A DNA stretch of 64,000 bases from Myxococcota bacterium (lineage in GTDB: Bacteria > Myxococcota_A > UBA9160 > JAFDDA01): contig OZ245817.1 of the NCBI GenBank assembly GCA_965228475.1, positions 4,704,001-4,768,000 on the forward strand, written 5' to 3'. This document shows positions 57,027 to 64,000 of this stretch, in pieces. A program made the position numbers and the translations under genes. The notes beneath the pieces are model-generated. The model worked only from the letters and a program-made list of their open reading frames with translations. It searched no databases and had not been told where the DNA came from. Every line of letters begins with the position of its first letter. The stretch's first letter is position 1.

Positions 57027-58289
57027 CTACCCCCTTTCCCGTCGGATCGTGGCGCCCAGGCGGGAGAGTTTCTCCTCGATCCGCTCGTAGCCTCGATCGA
57101 TGTGATAAACGCGATTCACCGCGGTCTCGCCGCGCGCGGCCAGCCCCGCGATCAGCAGGCTCGCCGAGGCACGCAGGTCCGTCGCCATCACCGGCGCTCC
57201 CGAGAGACTCTCCACCCCGCGCACGTGGGCCGACCGCCCGGCGAGGGTGATGTCCGCCCCGAGCCGCTGGAGCTCGGGGACGTGCATGAAGCGGTTCTCG
57301 AAGACCGTCTCGGTCACGATGCTCGAGCCGTCCGCCACGGTGAGCGCCGCCATGAACTGGGCCTGCATGTCGGTCGGGAAGCCCGGGATCGGCGCCGTCG
57401 TGATGTGGATGCCGCGCAGGCCTTCCGGCGCGTTCGCGCGCACGCGGTCCCCGCTGACCTCGACCTCCGCACCGGCTTCGCGCAGCTTGTCGAGGGTCGA
57501 CTCCATGTGCGACGGGTCGACGCCCGTGACGGCCACGTCGCCCTTCGTGACGGCGCCGGCCAGGAGCAGCGTCCCGGCCTCGATGCGGTCGCCGGCGACG
57601 CGGTGCTCCACGCCGCGCAGGGAGGCGACGCCGCGCACGACGACGCGGTCGCTCCCGGCGCCGCGCACGTCCGCGCCCATGCGGTTCAGGAACTCGGCGA
57701 GCTCCTCCACCTCGGGCTCGCGCGCGGCGTTCTCGATCACCGTCTCGCCGTTCGCGAGGGCGGCGGCCATCATCACGTTCTGGGTGCCGTTCACCGTCAC
57801 CACGTCGAAGCGGAAGCGCGCGCCGATGAGCCGGGTCGCGGCCGCCTCCACGTAGCCGTGCTCGAGGCCGACCTTGGCGCCGAGGGCGGCGAGCCCCTTC
57901 AGGTGCTGGTCGACCGGGCGCACGCCGATGGCGCAGCCGCCGGGCTCGGACACCCGGGCGTGGCCCGCGCGCGCGAGCAGCGGCCCGAGCACCATGAAGG
58001 AGGCGCGCATCTTGCGCACGATGTCGTAGGGCGCCTCGGGGCGGAGCGCGCCCCGGGCCTCGATCCGCACGACGTCGCCGTGCTCGGCGTCGCGCTCGGC
58101 CGTCAGCCCGAGCGCCCCGAGCAGCTCGATCATCGCGTCGACGTCCCGCAGGCGCGGCACGTTGCGCAGCACCGTCGGCCCCTCGGCCAGGATCGACGCC
58201 GCGAGCAGCGCGAGGCAGGAGTTCTTCGAACCGGATGCCGCGGTCTCACCCGAAAGGCGAGCGCCGCCGTTCACGACGATGCTGTCCAA
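57027..58289 (-). CDS. murA: UDP-N-acetylglucosamine 1-carboxyvinyltransferase
   Basis: SGSKN, KMRAS, PGGCAIGVRPVDQH, FPTDMQ, FENRFMH, ATDLRA, HIDRGY. Confidence 0.97.
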   Translation of the reverse strand: MDSIVVNGGARLSGETAASGSKNSCLALLAASILAEGPTVLRNVPRLRDVDAMIELLGALGLTAERDAEHGDVVRIEARGALRPEAPYDIVRKMRASFMVLGPLLARAGHARVSEPGGCAIGVRPVDQHLKGLAALGAKVGLEHGYVEAAATRLIGARFRFDVVTVNGTQNVMMAAALANGETVIENAAREPEVEELAEFLNRMGADVRGAGSDRVVVRGVASLRGVEHRVAGDRIEAGTLLLAGAVTKGDVAVTGVDPSHMESTLDKLREAGAEVEVSGDRVRANAPEGLRGIHITTAPIPGFPTDMQAQFMAALTVADGSSIVTETVFENRFMHVPELQRLGADITLAGRSAHVRGVESLSGAPVMATDLRASASLLIAGLAARGETAVNRVYHIDRGYERIEEKLSRLGATIRRERG

Positions 58290-58290
58290 C

Positions 58291-59166
58291 TTACGAAGCC
58301 TCCGGGCCGCGGCCGGCCACGACGCGGGGCTGCCCCGCGAGATCCTTCACCACGCGCACCTCCGAGAGCCCGGCCTGGCGCGCCCAATCGGCGACCCGCT
58401 CGGCCTGGTCCGGTGCCAGCTCGACCGCGAACCCGGCGGAAGTTGCCAAAAGGTCGCGGCTTTCGGCCACCAGGGCCTCGAGGACCTCGGTGCCCTCGGG
58501 CCCGGCATAGAGGGCCTGGGCCGGCTCCTGGGCGAGCTCGGGGGCGACCTCCTGGGCCTCGGCGTCCCGCAGGTAGGGCGGGTTCGAGACGATCAGGTCG
58601 AAACGCTGGCCGGCGGCGGGCTCGAAGCGGTCGCCCTCCGCGAAGGTCACGCGATCCGAGAGCCCGAGGCGCTCGGCGTTGGCGCGGGCCACGCCGAGGG
58701 CCGCGGCGGAGACGTCCGTCGCCAGCACGCGGGCCTTCTTGCGCTCGTGGGCCAGGGCCAGGGCGATGGCCCCGGAGCCGGTCCCGACGTCGAGGATGCG
58801 GTACTCGGCCTCGCGGTCCGGCAGGAACTCGAGGGCCACCTCGACCAGAGTCTCGGTCTCGGGCCGCGGGACCAGGACGTCCGGCGTGAGCTCGAGCATC
58901 AGGGACCAGAATTCCTTCCGGCCCGTCAGCAGCGCGATGGGCATGCGGTCGTTGACGCGCCGCTTCACGAGCTCGCGCAGCGCCGCGCGCTCGGTCTCGT
59001 GCACGGGCTTGTCGTACTGGAGGTAGAGCTCGAGGCGCTCGAGCCCGAGGGCGTGGGCGAGCAGGCACTCGGCATCGAGCCGCGGCGAGGCGATCTCGTT
59101 TTCCTTGAAGTAGGACTCGATCCACCGCAGCAGATCCACCACGGTCCAGGTCTTCTGTTGCGTCAT
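58291..59166 (-). CDS. prmC: Release factor glutamine methyltransferase
   Basis: VLVPRPETE, LDVGTGSGAI, VSNPPY; follows prfA. Confidence 0.96.
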   Translation of the reverse strand: MTQQKTWTVVDLLRWIESYFKENEIASPRLDAECLLAHALGLERLELYLQYDKPVHETERAALRELVKRRVNDRMPIALLTGRKEFWSLMLELTPDVLVPRPETETLVEVALEFLPDREAEYRILDVGTGSGAIALALAHERKKARVLATDVSAAALGVARANAERLGLSDRVTFAEGDRFEPAAGQRFDLIVSNPPYLRDAEAQEVAPELAQEPAQALYAGPEGTEVLEALVAESRDLLATSAGFAVELAPDQAERVADWARQAGLSEVRVVKDLAGQPRVVAGRGPEAS

Positions 59167-59182
59167 TCCGTCCTCGGCTGCG

Positions 59183-60253
59183 TCATGCCGCCGCCTCCTG
59201 CTGGGACCGGAACCAGGTGTTCACCGCCTCGACGAGCTCGTCGAGGGAGCCGTCGAGGACGGCTTCGAGATCGTGTCGCGTGATGCCGGCGCGGTGGTCC
59301 GTGATGCGCGACTGCGGGAAGTTGTAGGTGCGGATGCGCTCGCTGCGGTCGCCCGTCCCGACCTGGGCACGCCGCTCCCCGGCGCGCTCCTCGGCCAGAC
59401 GCGCCTGCTCCGCCTCGTAGATCCGCGAGCGCAGGATCTTCATCGCCCGCGCCTTGTTCTTGTGCTGGGACTTCTCGTCCTGGCACTGCACCACGGTCCC
59501 CGTCGGCACGTGGGTGATGCGCACGGCCGAGTCCGTCGTGTTGACGCTCTGGCCGCCCGGGCCCGAAGCCCGGAACACGTCGATGCGGAGATCCTTCTCC
59601 TGGACGTCGAGGTCGAGCTCCTCGGCCTCGGGAAGCACCGCCACCGTCGCCGTCGAGGTGTGGATGCGGCCCTGGGACTCCGTCACCGGAACCCGCTGCA
59701 CGCGATGGACGCCGCTTTCGAACTTGAGCCGGCTGTAGACGCGGTCGCCCTTGATGTTGCAGACGACCTCCTTCACGCCGCCGCCCTCGGTCTCGGAGTT
59801 CGAGAGCATCTCGATCTTCCAGCCGCGGAGCTCGGCGTAGCGCCCGTACATGCGGAAGAGATCGCCGGCGAACAGCGCCGCCTCGTCGCCGCCGGCCCCC
59901 GCGCGCACCTCGAGGATCACGTTCTTCTCGTCGTTCGGGTCCTGGGGCACCAGGAGCTCCCGGATCTCCGCCTCGAGCCGGTCGCGCTCGGCCACGAGCT
60001 CGTCGTGCTCCGCCTGGGCCATCTCGCGCATCTCGGCGTCGTCGTCCTGGAGCATCTCGCGGGTGCCCTCGATGTCCGCCGAGACCTTCTCGAAGCGCTC
60101 GGAGGCCTCGAGCAGGGGCCGGAGCCCGGCGAGCTCCTTCGCCACGCGCGCGTACTCGGCGGGCGACTTCGCGAGCACCGGATCCTGGAGCTTCTCCTCC
60201 AGCGGGCCGGCCTTCTCTCGAACGGCAGCGATGTGCTTTTCCAGGTCGGACAT
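59183..60253 (-). CDS. prfA: Peptide chain release factor 1
   Basis: PVT anticodon motif (VQRVPVTES), GGQ motif, RIRTYNFPQ. Confidence 0.97.
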   Translation of the reverse strand: MSDLEKHIAAVREKAGPLEEKLQDPVLAKSPAEYARVAKELAGLRPLLEASERFEKVSADIEGTREMLQDDDAEMREMAQAEHDELVAERDRLEAEIRELLVPQDPNDEKNVILEVRAGAGGDEAALFAGDLFRMYGRYAELRGWKIEMLSNSETEGGGVKEVVCNIKGDRVYSRLKFESGVHRVQRVPVTESQGRIHTSTATVAVLPEAEELDLDVQEKDLRIDVFRASGPGGQSVNTTDSAVRITHVPTGTVVQCQDEKSQHKNKARAMKILRSRIYEAEQARLAEERAGERRAQVGTGDRSERIRTYNFPQSRITDHRAGITRHDLEAVLDGSLDELVEAVNTWFRSQQEAAA

Positions 60254-60474
60254 GACGCACTCTCACACCGACGCACGAGCGACGGCACGGTGGGGGGACT
60301 GAACGGTGGGGGCAAGGAAACGGACGTGGGGGCAGGGCCGCGCGGCCAGACAGGCTCGCGACCCTAATGACGGAGATCGGTCGTAGCGACGAAAAATCCA
60401 GCCATCCAACTAAGGATCGCCGAAAAACCCCCACCCCGCAACAAACCGTCGCGAACTCCCCTCACCCTACCGAT

Positions 60475-60594
60475 CGCGGGGGACGGGGCAGGGGCTGATG
60501 CGAAGTAAAGCGCAGCCCGAACTCGGATCTCGAATACGCCTCGCAGGTCCGCGAGGGCGAGCCATGAGCAGCAGCCCCTGCCCCGTCCCCCGCG
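60475..60594. repeat. 120-bp element with 23-bp perfect terminal inverted repeats
   Basis: CGCGGGGGACGGGGCAGGGGCTG (60475-60497) and CAGCCCCTGCCCCGTCCCCCGCG (60572-60594). Confidence 0.8.
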
Positions 60595-60609
60595 CGCGCC
60601 GAGGAAACC

Positions 60610-62088
60610 CTAGGAGTTCATCGACTCCAAGAACTCCTCGTTCGTATCCGTAGCCTTGATCTTCTCCAGCAGGAACTCCATCGAGTCCACCGGAGAGAGC
60701 GGCGCCAGCACCTTGCGCAGGATGAACATCCGGTTCAGGTGCCCATCCGACATCAGGAACTCCTCGCGGCGCGTGGAGCTCCGGGTGATGTCGATGGCCG
60801 GATAGGTGCGGCGATCCGCGAGCTTGCGGTCGAGCAGGATCTCGGAGTTCCCCGTGCCCTTGAACTCCTCGAAGATCACCTCGTCCATGCGCGAGCCCGT
60901 GTCGATCAGCGCCGTGCCCACGATCGTGAGGCTCCCGCCCTGCTCGATGTTGCGCGCCGCGCCGAAGAAGCGCTTCGGCTTGTGCATGGCGTTGCTGTCG
61001 ACGCCGCCCGAGAGGATCTTGCCCGAGTGCGGCACCACGGTGTTGTGGGCCCGCGCCAGGCGCGTGATCGAGTCGAGCAGGATCACCACGTCGCGCTTGT
61101 GCTCGACGAGGCGCTTGGCCTTCTCGATCACCATGTCGGCGACCTGCACGTGGCGGGTCGGCGGCTCGTCGAAGGTCGAGGCGATCACCTCGCCCTTCAC
61201 GTTGCGCTGCATGTCGGTCACCTCTTCGGGCCGCTCGTCGATGAGCAGCACGATGAGATAGACCTCCGGGTGGTTGTCGGCGATGGCGTTGGCGATGTCC
61301 TTCAGGATCATCGTCTTGCCGGCCTTCGGCGGCGAGGGGATGAGGGCGCGCTGGCCCTTCCCGATGGGCGCGATCAGGTCGATGATGCGCGTCGTCATGC
61401 CGCCCGACGCCGCTTCCAGGTTGAACTTCTCCTGGGGGTAGAGCGGCGTCAGGTTGTCGAAGTTGATGCGATGACGCGCCTGCTCGGGCTTCTCGAAGTT
61501 GATCTTGTCGACCTTGAGCAGGGCGAAGTAGCGCTCGCCTTCCTTGGGCGGGCGGATCTGGCCGGAGAGCGAATCGCCGGTGCGCAGGCCGAAGCGGCGG
61601 ATCTGCGAGGGCGAGACGTAGATGTCGTCGGGCCCGGGCAGGTAGCTCTGGTCCGGCGCCCGGAGGAAGCCGAAGCCGTCGGGCAGGGTCTCGAGCACGC
61701 CCTCGGCGTAGATCTTCCCCTCGGCGGCCGTCTGGGCCTGGAGCACCGCGAACAGCAGGTCCTGCTTGCGCAGGCCGGCGGCGTTCTCGATCTCGAGCTC
61801 CTCGGCGAGGTCCGAGAGCTTCTCCATGGGCATGGCCTTGAGGTCGGCCACGTACATCCGTTCGCCGTCGTCCTCGTCGGTGACTTCGAAGTCGTCGTCG
61901 AGCAGCTCGTCCTCGACGTCGAGGACCTTCATCTTGCGTTCGCGGCCACCTCCGCCGCGGTTGCCGCCGCCCCGAGAGCGTCGACCTTTGCCGCGGCGAT
62001 TTCCGCCGCCGCCGCGGCCACCGCCGCCTCCGGCGCCACCGCCACCTCCGCCACCGTTGAGCTTCGCGTCGGCCTTCTGGGTCGTCAT
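60610..62088 (-). CDS. rho: Transcription termination factor Rho
   Basis: [58 protein letters not shown]. Confidence 0.97.
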   Translation of the reverse strand: MTTQKADAKLNGGGGGGGAGGGGGRGGGGNRRGKGRRSRGGGNRGGGGRERKMKVLDVEDELLDDDFEVTDEDDGERMYVADLKAMPMEKLSDLAEELEIENAAGLRKQDLLFAVLQAQTAAEGKIYAEGVLETLPDGFGFLRAPDQSYLPGPDDIYVSPSQIRRFGLRTGDSLSGQIRPPKEGERYFALLKVDKINFEKPEQARHRINFDNLTPLYPQEKFNLEAASGGMTTRIIDLIAPIGKGQRALIPSPPKAGKTMILKDIANAIADNHPEVYLIVLLIDERPEEVTDMQRNVKGEVIASTFDEPPTRHVQVADMVIEKAKRLVEHKRDVVILLDSITRLARAHNTVVPHSGKILSGGVDSNAMHKPKRFFGAARNIEQGGSLTIVGTALIDTGSRMDEVIFEEFKGTGNSEILLDRKLADRRTYPAIDITRSSTRREEFLMSDGHLNRMFILRKVLAPLSPVDSMEFLLEKIKATDTNEEFLESMNS

Positions 62089-62462
62089 ACGTGCGTGTCG
62101 CCTGCCTCTCGTGTTGGAAACGTTCGAATCTGGAGTTCGGGTTGCTGGATGGGGGGTCTTCTTGCGTTCGATCGGGTCGGTGGGGCTTGGGATGGGGTCG
62201 GTTTGGGTGCGACTCGGGAGTCGGGACGACCGGGTGGGGTGTGGTGCCGGTCGCTTGCCGCCGCGCTCGGGTGGATTCCCGGCCGGCGGATGAGTTGAGG
62301 TGCGGACTGGGCTCCTGGTCGCGTCTTCGGTCGATCGGCCCTGAAGGTTGATTTCTTCCCGGGGGGAACCTGCTCCTGGGACCAGGTTTTCTTGGACCCG
62401 AGGACGATGAGTGCCTGGCGGGAACCCCCGTCTGGGCTGAGGAGCCCAGCGAGAACGGGTAG

Positions 62463-62492
62463 AACCTAGAGCCTACACCGGCGGGGTGTCAA
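62463..62492 (-). promoter_or_regulatory. Sigma70 promoter for rho
   Basis: Minus strand TTGACA-N18-TAGGTT. Confidence 0.6.
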
Positions 62493-62509
62493 GACCGGCC
62501 GCATGGGCT

Positions 62510-63193
62510 TCACCCGACCCTCTCCGCCGGGGCGATCCAATGCACCAGGCGCCCGGAGCGGGGCCCGTCCCGCCGGTAGGAGTGGAACCGCTCGGAATCA
62601 CAGGAGGTACAGGCCGTGGCGGCGACGCCGATCCGGGCCTCGGGCACCCCCGCCGAGAGCAGCTCCTGGCGGGTCAGCGCCGCGAGATCGAGCCAGGCAT
62701 GACGCGGCCGGCCGGGCCGGGTGGCCTGGGCGAGGCCCTCGGGGCCGAAGCGGCGAAGGGCCGCCTCGAGGACCGGCCCGTCGACCTCGTAGCAGCAGGG
62801 TCCGATGTGGGGGCCGACCGCCGCAACCAGCCCCCGGGCCCCGAGCGCCCGGAGCCGGGCCACGGCCAGGGTGAGGACGCCGGCCGTGAGGCCCCGCCAG
62901 CCCGCGTGGACGGCGGCCACGAACGCCCCGCTCCGGTCCGCCAGGAGCACCGGGACGCAGTCCGCGGTCACTATGCCGACGGCCAGCCCGGGCTCGGTGG
63001 CGGTGATGCCATCGGCCTCGACCCCCGCGGCGTCGCCGGGCGCCTTGGCGTCGTGGACGAAGGTTCCGTGGACCTGGACGGGCCGCGTCAAACCGGGCGG
63101 CTCCTCGACGCCCCGCAACCCGAAGGAATGACGCACCCCGGCTGCGCGCAGGATCGGATCTTCGAGGGGCTCGGCGGCGGCGGGCTCGCTCAC
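62510..63193 (-). CDS. pgeF: Peptidoglycan editing factor PgeF (YfiH-like)
   Basis: QVHG, ADG, TADCVPVL, AVHAGWRG, GPHIGPCCYEV, CTSC, FHSYRR; follows rluD. Confidence 0.93.
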   Translation of the reverse strand: MSEPAAAEPLEDPILRAAGVRHSFGLRGVEEPPGLTRPVQVHGTFVHDAKAPGDAAGVEADGITATEPGLAVGIVTADCVPVLLADRSGAFVAAVHAGWRGLTAGVLTLAVARLRALGARGLVAAVGPHIGPCCYEVDGPVLEAALRRFGPEGLAQATRPGRPRHAWLDLAALTRQELLSAGVPEARIGVAATACTSCDSERFHSYRRDGPRSGRLVHWIAPAERVG

Positions 63194-64000
63194 GCCTCGG
63201 CCCCCCGGAGCTTCTCGAGGGCCGCCAGCAGGTCGGCCGGCGGCGGGGTCTCGAAGCGCAGCCGCTCCCCGCTTCCCGGATGGTCGATGCCGAGAACCGC
63301 GGCGTGCAGGGCCGGGCGATCGAGGGCGATCCCCGCGGCCCGCGCGCGCCGGGCGCCGCGGCCGTAGACCGGGTCGCCGAGCAGCGGAAGCCCGGCCGCG
63401 GAGAGATGGACCCGGATCTGGTGGGTGCGGCCGGTCTCGGGCCGGATCTCGAGCCAGGAGACGCCGGCCTTCGGGAAGCGCTCCGTGACGCACCAGGCCG
63501 TGTGGGCTTCGCGGCCGCTGCGCGTCCGCACCGACATCTTCTTGCGGTCCCGCGGATGGCGCCCGATCGGCCGGTCGCTGCGGCCCTCGTCTTCCCGCGG
63601 CACCCCGACGCAGAGCGCGCGGTAGACGCGCTCGACCGTGTGATCGTGGAACTGCTCGGAGAGCGCCGTGTGGGCCGCGTCGTTCTTCGCGGCCACCATC
63701 ACGCCCGAGGTGCCGCGGTCGAGCCGGTGCACGATGCCCGGCCGCAGCACGCCGCCGATGCCCGAGAGATCCCCGCAATGATGGAGGAGCGCGTTCACCA
63801 AGGTCCCTCGCTCGTGTCCTGGCGCCGGGTGTACCACCAGGCCCGCCGGCTTGTCGATCACGATGAGGTCCGGGTCTTCGTGCAGGATCGCGAGGGGGAT
63901 CGCCTCGGCCTCGACCCCGCTCGGCACGGCCTCGGGCGGCGCCGCTTCGATCCGGTCGCCGGCCTCGACCCGGCGCGAGGCCCGGACCACCTTGCCGCCG
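63190..64000 (-). CDS. rluD: 23S rRNA pseudouridine synthase RluD/RluA family (5' end outside window)
   Basis: IDKPAGLVVHPAPG, RPGIVHRLDRGTSG, TGRTHQIRVH, GDPVYG, ALHA. Confidence 0.93.
   Translation of the reverse strand, partial: GGKVVRASRRVEAGDRIEAAPPEAVPSGVEAEAIPLAILHEDPDLIVIDKPAGLVVHPAPGHERGTLVNALLHHCGDLSGIGGVLRPGIVHRLDRGTSGVMVAAKNDAAHTALSEQFHDHTVERVYRALCVGVPREDEGRSDRPIGRHPRDRKKMSVRTRSGREAHTAWCVTERFPKAGVSWLEIRPETGRTHQIRVHLSAAGLPLLGDPVYGRGARRARAAGIALDRPALHAAVLGIDHPGSGERLRFETPPPADLLAALEKLRGAEA

Noticed and set aside
60475..60594. 6S RNA or SRP RNA identity for the inverted-repeat element
   Set aside because: Too short for typical 6S RNA and lacks the SRP GGAA tetraloop/helix 8 motif.

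Overview
High-GC (visually roughly 70%) bacterial chromosome segment. The lipoproteins, PEP-CTERM-like protein and rho-prfA-prmC-murA-his / rpsU-dnaG-rpoD gene order suggest a diderm of the Myxococcota/Deltaproteobacteria type; this is an inference. The right third (47.8-64 kb) is core housekeeping on the minus strand: rluD, pgeF, rho, prfA, prmC, murA, hisD/B/H/A/F, rpsU, dnaG, rpoD. The left two thirds are accessory. They hold actinobacterial-like lipid/sterol genes (CYP51, FadD19-like ligase, 3-alpha-HSD-like SDR, two F420-type LLM oxidoreductases, acyl-CoA dehydrogenase, sulfotransferase + DUF1214), a cytochrome P460/AraC/YHS cluster, a tRNA with CAT anticodon, a membrane class III cyclase and a bufferin-type MNIO RiPP cluster with an ECF16/SigF-like promoter. 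Three points stand out. (1) A sigma54-preceded three-gene unit at 18.3-21.4 kb: orphan ORF + MoxR/CbbQ-like AAA+ ATPase with a non-canonical Walker B (INE) + HExxH metallopeptidase-vWA protein. (2) A hidden membrane-anchored peroxiredoxin-like selenoprotein at 44211-44957 (in-frame UGA giving UPYC, followed by a SECIS-like hairpin) that the ORF track splits in two. (3) A class III cyclase with Glu/Ser at the base-specifying positions. No CRISPR array, rRNA, integrase or transposase was seen. All family calls come from motif recognition by eye, not from database searches.
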